Of a stretch of 64,000 bases of DNA, positions 38,241-50,930 are shown one piece after another. Below the pieces are notes generated by a model, which was not told the origin of the DNA, ran no database searches, and saw nothing but the letters and a program-made list of their open reading frames with translations. The stretch spans positions 34,968,001-35,032,000 of the forward strand of contig OZ336890.1 in NCBI GenBank assembly GCA_965287045.1, read 5' to 3'. Each line of letters opens with the position of its first letter. The first letter of the stretch is position 1. This stretch comes from Carcharhinus amblyrhynchos (lineage: Eukaryota). Made by a program: the position numbers and the translations under genes.

Positions 38241-38896
38241 CCCACACACTCTCACAAAGAGAAAAACAAAAAAAACTCACAAATTTGGGCCAAATTTAGA
38301 CTGCATTTATGAATATATTTAAAATGGCCAAGTTGAGACTGCAGTATCTGTTAGCACTTAACACTTCCTGTTACTTCACAACAGCTTTCCTAAGCTTAAC
38401 CAGATGTGATAGGAATGTGAGGTATTACATTTTTAAAATCTGTAACATATGCCAACCAACGTTAATTCGGTTCCACAAAATGACACAAATTGGAGCAAAG
38501 CAGCTGTGCTTTGAAATGAACAAAAGGCTGCCTGGATTATCACAACCATACTCCTACACAGCTAGGTCACCGAGGATTAGAAATAAATGCTCTAGCAGTT
38601 GTAAATCAGTGAGCATTTAACAGTCATTTATAATAATGAGCGCAGCCTTATCAAAGAGCCATGCATGTTTTTAATGCATTCATTTTTAAACAGTATGCAT
38701 TTCAACAATGATGGTTGGAGTAAACTCACTTTATTTATTATTTACTTACAGAAAAGTGACCTTCTTTTATTTGGCAACTTTCACAATCTCAGGAAGTCGT
38801 AAATACGGCCAATTATCTACCTCTGGAGAAGCATCACCATTCATGTCATTGAGGCCAAAAGAAAAAATCTCATTGCGGGATATTCAGTGGTCTGTT

Positions 38897-39851
38897 ATCA
38901 CAGAATCCCGACAGTGCGGAAGAAGCCATTTGGCCCATCAGTTTTGCATTGACTCTCTGACAGAGTATCTTATCCAGGCCCGCTTCCCCCGCCTTATCCC
39001 ACAACATTTCCCATGGCCAATCCACCTAACCTGCACATCTTTGGACTGTGGGAGGAAACCGGAGCACCTGGAGGAAACCCACGCAGACACTTGATTCGAT
39101 TTGATTTATTATTGTCACATGTATTAGAATACAGTGAAAAGCATTGTTTCTTGCACACAGATGAAACATACCGTTCATAGAGAAGGAAACGAGAGAGTGC
39201 AGGATGTAATGTTACAGTTGTAGCTAGGGTGTAGAGAAAGATCGACTTAATGCGAGATAGGTCCACTCAAAAGTTTAATGGCAGCAGTGAAAAAACTGTT
39301 CTTGAGTCGGTTATTATGTTACCTCAGACTTTTGTATCTTTTTCCCAACAGAAGAAGGTGGACAAGAGAACGTCCAGGGTGCATAGGATCCTTAATTATG
39401 CTGACTGCTTTGCCGAGGCAGTGGGAAGTGTAGACTGAGTCAATTGATGAGAGGTTGGTTTGCGTAATGGATTGGACTACATCCATGACCATTTGTAGTT
39501 TTTTGTGGTCTTGGGCAGAGCAGGAGCCATGCCAAGCTGTGATACAACCAGAAAGAATGCTTTCTATGGTGCATCTGCAAAAGTTGGTGAGCGTCGTAGC
39601 TGAGAAAGTAGAGGCGTTGGTGGTCTTTCTTAACTATAGTGTCAACATGGGGGGGCCAAGACAGGTTGTTGGTGATCTAGACACCTAAAAACTTGAAGCT
39701 TTTGACCATTTTTACTTTGTCCCCATTGATGTAGACAGTGGCACGTTCTCCTCTACAGTTCCTGATGGACAGTCACCAAAAGCCAGAATTGAACCCAGGT
39801 CCTTGGCACTGTGAGGCAGCAGTGCTAACCCACTGTGCCACCGTGCAGCCC
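38897..39851 (-). mobile_element. V-SINE type A split by a Rex1 fragment
   Basis: Body ends acgcagacac at 39090; head resumes gacagtcaccaaaagccagaattgaaccc near 39767. Confidence 0.88.
39091..39765 (-). mobile_element. Rex1-type LINE 3' fragment
   Basis: Reverse complement of about 7240-7890 with a small internal deletion. Confidence 0.92.
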
Positions 39852-40139
39852 TATGTTCCAGGAGAATGTCATTATTCATACCCTGGAACTTCCTCAACAT
39901 CATTTATATGAAAAATACATGGAAATTTCAGCCTCTCTATACCTATCTTGACAACAGGAACCCAAGTCTAATTTTCAGTGAAGCATAATGGCGCCAAGTC
40001 AAGACGATGGAAATGGAAAAAGATACCAAGACAGTAGAAATAACAGCTGGGTGACTTCATGGAAGGTATGTAGCGATGAAGAAAAGTGTTGCTCTTTTCA
40101 TTTTTTTGTATCAAACAATTATATTGTTAGTGAATAATG

Positions 40140-40400
40140 ACACGTTGTTGAAGTTGTTGTACAGGGAACAGCAATTTATACTTCATGAGAAGAGAGTACT
40201 GATTGGTTGTGAAGTGGATTCTGATTGATAGAGCCATTGCTTTGAAGAATGCGCTAGTTAACTGGTGACTGACAGTTAATTGCCAAGCTTTGACTCTGAT
40301 TGGTCAAGAAATTGTCTTGTGGAATGAACTGGAGGATGGCTATTGCCTGTTTGGTCTTGTTGAAATAGGGTCAACACACAGAGCAGAATGTTTATTCTCT
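40140..40400. mobile_element. Degraded repeat, possibly Penelope-derived
   Basis: Three ctgattg(g/a) motifs; resembles an elasmobranch repeat as I recall it, not verified. Confidence 0.35.
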
Positions 40401-41050
40401 GCACAGAATATTGCTGAGGTGAGTAAAACCGGAATGCAACTCGCAGGCTGCACAGCTGACAATCACCTTCACACCAACTGGTAATATAACCCTTTCCTGA
40501 TTCTGAGGTTGTGACTGTGGCAAATCTCAGCGAGGACATCCTTATTGAAGCACAGACCTCTGACACACTGTTCAGTGCAGAGCTTCAGATAGGAAAATTG
40601 CTCCCTTAATCCCGGGACAGACATGATTTCCTGCTGAGAGTCTTAACCCCCTGCCCTTCCTTCTCTTCCCTCTTCCAGAAGCCTGCTCTCCATGACCTCT
40701 AATATATCCCAAGAAGGATGCACCCAAATCTGGGGGCAACTGGTTCATGCACATTTCTCGAAGTCAGCAAAGCAAAATCTCCTTTGATACTTTACACATG
40801 ACTGCCTGTGAACTTTTTAAATTTGAAACAACAATAGAAATCACCAAACATTTGTAGAATGATAGCAACAGCCAGAAAAAAGTCAACCAGCAACAATCCA
40901 GCAGAGAGTTGATAATCCGTTAAATAGTGCTGTGGGTGATTCTCTTTGCTGCTAAATGTGTGTGTTTTGCTGTGCACAGTCAAAAGAGGATGTTAAATCC
41001 CAAACAGGTACAGCTGGCTTCAAATCAGTATTGCAGGTTGATTAGTATCG

Positions 41051-41159
41051 TGACCAGTCTTGTCTGTGTACTTCCGCCCTCACCAATATGGCAAAATGAC
41101 AAGCCTGCTCTGTATACTTCTGCCCTCACCAATATGGCATCATGACCAGCCTGTTCTGT
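41051..41159. repeat. 46-bp tandem repeat, about 2.4 units
   Basis: tgac starts at 41051, 41097 and 41143; gccctcaccaatatggca occurs twice. Confidence 0.9.
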
Positions 41160-41780
41160 TTTGCACATGCACAAATGACATTTTGGAACTCTAAGTTCCA
41201 AAACTCATAGTGCCCAAAAAAACACTGATGTTCAGCTGTCCAATTTCCCAGCTAACATATTTATTCTGTTAAGGAGAATGTCAAAATTGCAATGCATTAA
41301 ATTACCTTGTAGAGGCAGTATTTATTACAGGCCCTTGCCTGGTAAAGTTATGCACTTTCTGACGCTTGGCACTGTTGTTAAGCCAGGTTAGAGAAATTTA
41401 TATTTTGGAGAACTTCACGATCATATGATAGTATCTAAAAATTATTAACAGCTGAATCATTTTGGAGTTACGATAACGGGGTCAACCCCAAGTTGATTGA
41501 ATTTTAATTATACTTTCCATACATACATATATCATCAATAAAAGTTTATATTTTCAGTTCTCTCTGCATGCATTAAAAAGTATTTTAAAATACTGATTTA
41601 ATAACACTGAGCAAATCACAGTTCGTACATCAAGCCTATTTTATAACTATTACAGCTAAGCTAGTGAACTAATGGAATAAAAAATACAGAGTTGACCAAC
41701 AAAGTACTGCAAACAAAGATTCTAACACATGCAAGATATTTTTCCATTGTATAAACAAAGTCAATATGGTGAAATATGTA

Positions 41781-41990
41781 ATAAAAACAGAGAATGCTGA
41801 ATAAACTCAGCAGATCTGGCAGCATCTGTGGAGAGAGAAACACATTTAACTTTTCAAGTCCGTGGTACAGAATTGTAGCAAGATGCAAGGAACTCGAAAC
41901 ATTAACCGTGTTCCCTTACCACAGATATTGCCAAGCCTGCTGAGTCTATCCAGAGTTTTCTGTTTTTATTTCAGATCTGCAGCATTTTGG
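41781..41990. mobile_element. Penelope-type inverted terminal pair (hairpin)
   Basis: About 70-bp arms ataaaaacagagaatgctg..ttaac and ttaac..gttttctgtttttat around a loop of about 50 bp. Confidence 0.7.
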
Positions 41991-42061
41991 TTTATCGTTG
42001 CTGAAATATGTAATTCATTATACAAAAGAACATACTGTATTCTTTTCATAGAATCATAGAA

Positions 42062-42225
42062 ACTTCCCTACACCCTAGCTATGACTATAGCACTATATTC
42101 TGAACTTTCTCCTTTCCTGCTCCCCTATGTCCCCTATGAACCTTATCCTTTGTCATATAATGTGCACGAAACAATACTTTTCACTGTATCCCAATACATG
42201 TGACAATAATAAATCAAATCAAATT
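42062..42225 (+). mobile_element. Rex1-type 3' tip
   Basis: ccctagctatgact..tttcactgtatcccaatacatgtgacaataataaatcaaatc. Confidence 0.88.
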
Positions 42226-42395
42226 AGAATCTCCACAGTGCAGAAGGAGGCCATTTATTCATTGATGATTAACTTTATAATATCAAACTTGTTTAAGAGC
42301 ATAGCGTGGATTTTAATTTTCTTTTGATCTATTTCCAACTGCTACTTTTCTCTGCTGGGTGTATTTACTGGTTAGACGGATAACAATATTATTGT

Positions 42396-42737
42396 TGGAG
42401 AGGCAATGGCCCAGTGGTATTATCGCTAGACTATTATTCCAGAAACTCAGCGAATGTACTGGGGATCTGGGTTTGAATCCTGCCATGGCAGATGGTGGAA
42501 TTTCACTGTAATAAAAAACAATCTGGAATTAAGAATCTACTGATGACCATAAAACCATTGTTGATTGTCAGAAAAACCCATCTGGTTCACTAATGTCCTT
42601 TAGGGAAGAAAATCTGCCATCCTTATCCGATCTGTGACTCCAGAGCCATAAGCAATGTGGTTGACTCTCAACTGCCCTCCAAGGGCAACTAGGGATGGGC
42701 AATAAATGCTGGCCAGTCCCATAAATAAAAATAAAAT
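42396..42737 (+). mobile_element. Second tRNA-derived SINE family (not V-SINE; unnamed here)
   Basis: A box tggcccagtgg, B box ggtttgaatcc, tail gggatgggcaataaatgctggcc, A-rich end; other copies at 55568-56642 and 63242-63337. Confidence 0.85.
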
Positions 42738-44106
42738 CATCATATCTTCATTTTTTTTGATTACATACATGCCGCAAACACATCCGCACATTTCCTTCTC
42801 GGTATGAAAATGAGTGTAAGAGTGTTGGAATGTTGTATCAATCTCCGGACAGAATGAGATCTATGTGTGAACTCATGCTTAATCAGAAAGCATTACACAG
42901 CTTGCCTGCTGATGACTAACATTGTTCCTTGCTTCTAAAAGTTATTTTGTGCAGCATTCTTGCATTAAACGTTTCCATGAACACTCATACGTATGCTTGT
43001 GATGATCAGCCATTATTGTGCTAGATGCCTTACATACATTACAGATTGCATAATAGATGCACTGAAGTGGTCACGGGATGACTATCAGTGACATCAAATA
43101 TTGTGAGACTGAAACTTGAGGAGTTTACAACCAACATCTGAGTCCACGATTAAACTGTGCCATTGTAGTGACCTTCTGATATTGATTGTGGTTTCTGAGG
43201 TAGATTATTTTTTGCAAGCAGTTTTCTTGCCAAATGCCAGTGTAGAGGGTTGGTGTGGTCTGAGTGCTTGTTGGTATTCGCATCAATCAGATGAATAATT
43301 AATTGCAGCATGTTTATCAAAGGATAATCTGCCATTGATCACCAAGTTCTTGGCTAACACAGCATCTTCTAGATTCCAGAGTGTCCCTGTTGATATTTTC
43401 ATTGGCTCACTGAGCAGGTGATTAAGGAAAACCCATGAGATAAAAAGGAAACTATTGTGAACTATAAACCAGTGAGTTTAATCTCTGCAGTGAAGGTGGA
43501 CACAAACAGACAATTGGAACATATAGGATGGTTATCCAAAATACCTTTCGAAAGCAGAGGCCAGGTTTGAACAAACACATCCAGTTTTGGAAGAGGTCAG
43601 CAGAGTAACCAGCAGGTCCCAGTAAACAATTTTCCTGTAACTGATTTCAATGCGATGCAGCAATTAAAAGGGACAAGGAGTGGAACTAGTTAAATTGCTT
43701 TTGCAGACAGCAAAAAAGGCTTCATGAAGCCGAATGGCTTCCTAATAATTCTATGAAAACCAAAAGAAAACAATTTTATCAATTAGACCCTAAGGAGATG
43801 GGACATGTTGTACATTAGTGCCTTTTTAGAACAGAATAATATGAAGCACCCTTATATAGCAGCATATCCTCTGCGAGTCGTGCCAAGTAAGAACTTGCTC
43901 TGCTGCAATATTCATTCATCACATCTGAAAATGCATTTCCAGTATTACAATACTACCAGAAAATATAATTACCATGCTTAGACATTTTTCGTGCAACAAA
44001 TATAAGCATATTAGTTCAAAAAGATGGATCAAATGTTCTGTTGTTTGTGACTGCCTACTGCATCAAGTTAAGAGATATCCCTTAACAAGAAAGTGAGCAG
44101 CTTTTT

Positions 44107-44242
44107 GAGCGGGATTCTCTGATCTTGTTCATTTCTGCCCTGCTGCCAGCGAGAACAGAGAATTTGGCACTCAGCCAAAACTTCATTCACTGCGGCAGCA
44201 CCAGAGAATCCCAGCTGTGGGTGAGATCGGAGAATTTTGGCG
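44107..44242. mobile_element. Short TIR element
   Basis: gagcgggattctctgatct and agatcggagaattttggc; interior similar to 3421-3552. Confidence 0.7.
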
Positions 44243-45477
44243 TAAAATGTCACTTCGCCTTTGAAGGTTACTAAGCATAACATTCAGCTGTTACCAGATA
44301 GCAAAGGTTGCTATTGTTTGTAGTCTGGGGTATTTTTAACTGCTCCAGTGAGAAAGGTACAAGGTTATTTTGGGAGAATGTTTTCACGCACCTTTGATCA
44401 CTCTATCGAGTTGCCTTTTTTTTGTTGTTCATACATGGTGATAACTTGTTTCTTTTCACACACTAAGGAATGCTACCTAACCAATGGCAGCTTCAGCATG
44501 CCTTCAAGTATCACATAGCATCTTCAAGCAACAGTGCAAATGTGGCAAATGCAAATCTCAAAAGTTAGTGAAAGCAACGTCAACACTTGTGTCGATCTCT
44601 TGTATATGAATCCTTTGTCAAGCTCCCTGGTTCATCTGAACCCCCCCCCCCCCAACTTGGCTATATTTTTGCATTGTAATTCAGTACGTATTTGCTATCT
44701 ACAGAATACTTTTTCAAATAAAATCTGCCAAATTTCCTTTTTGACTGAAAAAAGCTTATACTTTAGCTTAAATAAATTCAGTTATGATTATTTTCTATCC
44801 GGAGAACTGACAGTCCTTTCAGCTGGCTTGTGATCACTTAGTCATGATCAAAAGTACTCAGATATTTAAGGAGGCATTTAATCCAAGCACTGGGAGTCTT
44901 GCCCGATGACTAGATAGCTGGTGAGAGCCCAGCATCACCCCCTGTTGGAGAAGACCCATTGTATTAAGTGTCAGTGGGGTAGCTTCCCAGGCATCAAGGA
45001 CACCAGCGGACAAATCCCTTGCCTGAGGACTATCAGCCAACGAGGCCAGTAGTTCTCCAATGCAGGCAGTGTCACTGGAAACAATGGTGCTTACCAGCAA
45101 TGGATCTAATTGTAACCCAGGATCAGCAAGTGACCCAGGCCACAGGTGAGTGAGGACATGATGGGATCAGGTGGGGAGGGGTGGGGTGGGGGGCCAGGGG
45201 GGCGGCACAGTGTTGTGGGGTGGGGGGCACAGTGTCGCGGGGGGGGGAGCGGTTGGCAGAGAGTCAGAAGAAAAGGTGCAGGTGGCTTTTAGCAGCTTAA
45301 CCCTTCCCAAGGCTATATATTTTGATCAAGCAATGACTTCCTGTCAATAAAAAACACCATGTCCCCCCCCGCCCTTAACCCACCTCCCTCCATCCAACCC
45401 TAACTTGAGAATCTGTAGGCAAATATGACAGGTTTTGCTTTCTGGGCTCCCTGTGCAGTGACTCCCTCTTCCGCCAT

Positions 45478-45547
45478 TGGTGGGATTGTTGTTGGTGCAG
45501 GCTTGATGGGCTGAATGGCCTCCTTCTGCACTGTAGATTCTATGATT
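45478..45547 (+). mobile_element. V-SINE type A tail fragment
   Basis: ggtgggattgttgttggtgcagg..gattctatga. Confidence 0.8.
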
Positions 45548-46244
45548 CGAGGTGAGTGGCGACAAGAGGAAGAGAAAACAAGGGAGAAAATCCTTTTGAT
45601 AGGTGCTATCCAAGAATGTTTTGTTGTTTTTAAGCAGTTCTGATCTACTATCTGATAAGCCTGCGTTTCTCAGAAACGCTTCTGCCCTCCCTTTTCCTTT
45701 CAAACTCGCATCATTTTGCAGGGGCATTTTTTAAATTGCTTAAATGCTTTTCAGGCCACGCTTTAACATTCCAAAGGCTGCTCGCTTCCAGTGTGAAGTC
45801 TCTAGACAATACGTAGCAACGGCAATGCCCTAACATCACACCTGTAAATAAAAGTTGCCATCCTCTCCCTGGCTGGGCAGCACTGATCCTCCCACCTGTC
45901 TCCCAACACCCATATTATTGAAAAACTGCACTTGATATCACCTCCTATTTTCACATCAGAGTGCACTGGTACTCATCAAATCTAAAATAACAACTCCGTG
46001 TTTTGCATGCAGAAGCGCTGATATGTTAGAAAGCAGCATTACTCTGGCAGGTTTCTACTACTTGTGTACATTTTCATTCAATTTCTAGTGCGGTTTCCTC
46101 ATAGGGGCTAGCAGAGATTTTATTTTTGTGATGTGGTGGGCAGAGAGTGATGGAACATTAGTTTACAAAGACTTTCAGTCCATTTCAGACAATTTGGAAT
46201 GAATAAGGAACGTTTTATTCATTTGGTGGCATCTAGATGAGACA

Positions 46245-46506
46245 ATATTTATTTTTCATTAGTCACAAGTAGGCTTACATTATCAGTGCAATGAAGTTAC
46301 TGTGGAACTCCCCTCGTTGCCAGAATCTGGCACCTGTTGTACACTAAGACCAACACACTGAACCAGCATGTTTTTAGTCTGTGGGAGGAAACCGGAACAC
46401 CCAGAGGAAATCCAGGGGGAGAATCGCACTGACAGTGACCCAAGCCAGGAATGGGTCCCTGGCGCTATGAGGCAGCAGGGCTAAGCACTGTGCCACCGTG
46501 CTGCCC
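46245..46506 (-). mobile_element. HE1/V-SINE type B
   Basis: Degraded type B tail, body and head. Confidence 0.85.
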
Positions 46507-47179
46507 TAACTGCTGATATGGGGAAATCTGAGCCACACTGCATTGTTCTGTGTACATCATTAAATGAATGAGCTAAGGGTGAATCTTAAGGATCCATCGC
46601 CTCATACTAGCATATAAAATCGATGGGTAGGATCAGACCAGTTGGCCCATCAAGCATGACCCATACCCCATCCCACCATTGCTTCCTCTGCTTACCCGCC
46701 CCACAAAAAGGCTGAACTATAGGTCCAATTTTTTTAACTCTGTACATTAGATGGCTTTTCAGTGATTTAAAACTTTGCCCATATAAGCAAAAAGATTGGG
46801 CGTTAAGTCTGTGGAAATAATTCTCTTAGCATGATGTAAAATATTCTGTCCCACTCTGGCCACTGTGAGACAGTGCTGACAAATTGGAGACTGTTCAGTG
46901 AAGTACCATGTGTCTATTATTATAACATTGAGTTATAAGAAAAGATGAAGATGCTTCAGCCTTTTTGGCCCTGAAATGAAAGATAGTAGATAATTCGGAA
47001 CAGGTCAGAGCAGAGCTTCAACTTCAATGGCAACTGTAGAAAATGAAAACATACGTTCAAACTAGTGAAGGGAAAATTTTGGATTCGAGTCAGGAAGATT
47101 TTGATAAAAAGAGCAATCAGAAATGAAAAGGATTTCTGTGTGAAGTAGTTGGTGTGAAAAGACTGGAATCCTTTAGGCG

Positions 47180-47275
47180 TCACAGAATTGTGGTGCAGAA
47201 GGAGGCCATTCTGCCCATTGTATTTGTACTGGCTTTGCAAATGAACTTAGTGTTATTTTCCCACCTTCTCCTCTC
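47180..47275 (-). mobile_element. CR1 3' tip
   Basis: cacagaattgtggtgcagaaggaggccatt; similar to 58430-58560. Confidence 0.6.
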
Positions 47276-47297
47276 ATCTGAAAAGGAAGAATTTAGT

Positions 47298-47605
47298 GTC
47301 ATAGAATCTTACAGAGAAGGCCATTGAGTCTGCACCGACCGCAATCCCACCCAGGCCCTAACCCCATAACCCCATGCATTTACCCTAGCTAGCCCCCCTG
47401 ACACTAAGAGGCAAATTAGCATAGCCAATCACCTAACCTGCACATTTTTGGACTGTGGGAGGAAACCAGAGCACCCGGAGGAAACCCACGCAGACATAGG
47501 AAGAATGTGCAAATTCCACACAGACAGTGATCCAAGCTGGGAATCAAACCTGGGTCCCTGGCATTGTGAGGTAGCAGCAATAACTGTGGTGCCATCGTGC
47601 CATCC
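47298..47605 (-). mobile_element. HE1/V-SINE type A
   Basis: Full body and head. Confidence 0.92.
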
Positions 47606-48727
47606 CTGAGCAAGAAGGTTATGTTGGAGGGTTATCTTTTCATGCTTTAATCCTTCAGCTGAATCTCCGTAGAAGTTACCAGCAACAGATCACAAAATAG
47701 CCCAACATCTTCGAAAGATCAACTGTGGACTACAATTTAAATGATTAGCAATTTCATATTCACCATTTAAGTGCAATGACAAATATTAGTACATGTTACA
47801 TGGAAGTACAAATCTCTTATCATTCATACTTATAAGAACAATGGATTAAAAAGAATCACTGGCTTCTATTCACAAAGTGTGGTTAAATTCACTGAAGTTC
47901 AAATATTTTTATTTGAGAAAAGTATCCTACCAAAACCTCCATCAAACATCATGATTCATTTTGCAATGTGATGCTCCACCCTGTTACCACAATGTTTTGT
48001 GCAGTCTGCACCCTAGTCTCTATGTTTGACTGGGCATTGATTGTTTCTGGGGTCTACATTAGGGATTCCTAAACAGCTGACTGATGACCCCCATTGTGCT
48101 GTGAGTCTGAGATCTTGGGGTTGGGAGCTCTGACTGAGTGACCTATTGGATTGGTCTCTGAGGGCTGATTGCTCTGACAAAAGAAGTGGTAGGTGAGTTT
48201 TTTTTGTGCACAGCTGATTATGTCCCAATGCTTCACTCCCTCTTCTTACCCCCGCTCAACATCTAAAGCCTCTCTTCCTACCGAATTTTCAGTCTAGACT
48301 CCCACACAGCCTGAGGTATTAAAGTGGGGTCACTCTTCTGTTATTGTGAGTTTATTCAGGGATTTGTTCGCTCTTCTGGAGGCAAAGGGTCTTTTTTTCA
48401 AATGTATCTTTTTTTCAAATGTATCTATTTACACAGGTTAAATGAAACCAAGTCATAGCTGGAGCAGCTCTCTGACATGCTTCACACACTTCTCTTCTCA
48501 GTGAATGACATCGCTGGGCATACTTCCCACCTGTGGACCTTTTCCCTGCCACAGAGGAAACATTGTAAAATATCAATTGGTACCATTTCAGGGCATTTCC
48601 CTAGTCACTGCTTTGCTGTAAGTTCAGCTCCTCATGCACATGCTCATTAGCTATCACTAGAGTTAATCCTTTACACTATAATGTCCCCCCAATCCCCACA
48701 CTAATATACACATATTCTCCTATCACT

Positions 48728-49008
48728 TTGGTTAGCACTTCTGCCTCACAGTGCCAGAGGCCCAGCTTCGGTTCCCAACTTGGGTCACTGTCTGTGCGGA
48801 GTCTGCATGTTCTCCTGGTGTCCCCTGGGTTTCCTCCAGGTGCTCCAGTTCCCTCCCGCAGTCTGAAAGATGTGCTGGCTAGGTGCATTGGCTGATCTAA
48901 ATTATCCCTCAGTGTACCCAAACAGGCAACTAGGGGATATTCACAGGAACTTCACTGCGGTATGAGTGCAATCTGACTTGCAACACTAATAAATAAACAT
49001 TAAAACTT
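48728..49008 (+). mobile_element. HE1/V-SINE type B inside the Gypsy element
   Basis: V-domain and type B tail. Confidence 0.88.
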
Positions 49009-50579
49009 TTAATGCTGTAACAAATGAAGTATTATGCAATGCCTCAACCATGAACAAATCAGATAGTCAAAGACACAGATGAAGGACAATATGATGGTTG
49101 TCCAGCTACAAGAGTCATAGCTTCATAAAGTTTTACAGCATGCCATCCAGTTTTTATCATTAAGCTAGTATCAATTGCCCACCTTTAGGCCCATATATCT
49201 CTATACCCATCTTACCCATGTTGCTACTGTAGGGGTTTCGTCTTCTGGTAGGTGGTGTTTCAACTTGCATGCTCTCTACAGTGTGATTTGCTCCTCAGTG
49301 GGCCTGAACATGTCCGCAACATTGAAAAGTATAACAAGGTTCAGGATTTCCTCCTGTGACAATTATCGACATCAATGGCATCCTGGCTATCATCCTCTTT
49401 CCCCAAAGAGCAAATTAAGGTTTAGAATGTCATCCTGGGGTGGGTCACCTTCATCCTTGGTGCACATGTTTACACTGCGTTGAGCCTCACCTCAAAGAAA
49501 TCTACAATCTCCTCATGCGGCTGTATGGCATTTTGTCTATGAAGACTGGTTCACAGCATGCTGAATCAACTCGCACTTCTCCAATGGAGGTTCCTTCTGT
49601 TTCTCCTGCTGTCTGGCAAGTAGATTTCCTGGAATGGCAGACCACTTTAAAGTGCTCCAATTTGCCATACCCAGGGCATAGCACAATTTGGATGGGGCTT
49701 ACTTTCCACCATCTGGACCTTTTTCCTACCACAGAGGAAAGATTGTAAAATATCGATTGGCGGGGTGTTTCTCTGGTCGCTGCTTTGCTGTACATTCAGT
49801 TTTCCATCCAAATGTTGAACAACTTCATTGGGCTGTTCTTGCGGAATTTCCCTTGCATTTTAAACAAAACCCTTATGCTCCCTCCACTATTCAGTCTGTA
49901 TCTACAACCTTGCTTAAATTTAAATCTTCTCAAGATTTTAAGAAGTCAGAGAAATTGCCATCTAAAATACCAGTGACTATTCTGTCTTTGATCTTTTTGT
50001 GATCCAAAATCACAATTTTTGAAGGAAGTTTCCAAACAATATTTGTCTGAAGACTGAACTATCAATCAAAATGCTCCAAGGATATCCTTGTACGAGGCTG
50101 TCTCTTCAGTCAACACCACCACCACCTCCCCACGCCACCCACACCTGCCTCCCACATACACACATATATACACACACACAGATGCATCCTCATGCACCTC
50201 TGTCCAACCAGCACATCATCTGCTATGCCCCCAACAGCATATAATAATTTGACCTTTTTTTTATTCACAAGACCTGTGGCACTGCAGTACTGCGTAAAAT
50301 GCCAATGCAAATTTTTCCACTGCTGAGCCTGCCTGGGGCCATCTATAACCTGAAAGGGTTCTGGTTGGGGCAAAGTAGTAATCATTTCTCACCTCGGTTT
50401 GAGGTTAAATTTTTTTCCACACTGCTGGTCATGCTGGGTGCTGACCTGCCCTTGTTACTTAATCATCTTCGGTGTGGTTGCTGAATTGGCCTCCAAGTTC
50501 TTCACCTGCTGGTCTCCGCTGTGCTGGGCTTCACTTGAGGCATTTTCTGCCTCTTTCTATGTTGCTCTAGTGGGTGTAG

Positions 50580-50594
50580 CCACTGCTGTCACCA
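50580..50594 (-). other. Primer-binding site, tRNA-Leu-like
   Basis: Minus strand TGGTGACAGCAGTGG next to the LTR end; two mismatches to TGGTGGCAGCGGTGG. Confidence 0.65.
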
Positions 50595-50930
50595 GCTGCT
50601 ATTACGAGTTTATCTCAGGAATAAATCCTTGCTCCTTGCTCTGGAAGAGATTTTTTTTATTCATTTGTGGGACATGGGCATCGCTGGCTGATCAATGATT
50701 GAAGTAAAAATTCCCAGTTTGTACCGTAGTTAATCTAATTCCATTGATCTCTAACGATAGGATGTTTTTGACACCTTGCAACCACCAAGTTTGTGCTGTT
50801 TTGAACTGCTGCTTAATGACATAAAGTCACTTTCTGATGAAAACAGGGAAATGTGAAAATATATTCCAAACCTAAATAGTTCACAGGAAAAGGATAAACA
50901 ATATGTGGTCTTTATTGAACATTTAGCTTG

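Larger units (their letters stand above)
48339..50650 (-). mobile_element. Gypsy LTR element: gag kept, pol largely missing
   Basis: 3' LTR about 48339-48681, PPT about 48684-48698, gag (PEPF..W..FTQYCSATGL..LLYAVGGIADDVL, DRIVTGILD, degenerate knuckle CPGYGKLEHFKVVC), PBS 50580-50594, 5' LTR stub from 50597 resembling 48339. Confidence 0.8.

Noticed and set aside
41307-41372. 66-nt minus-strand exon candidate (AKRQKVHNFTRQGPVINTAST) with AG|gtaatt donor
   Set aside because: Weak acceptor, unrecognised peptide and no partner exons.
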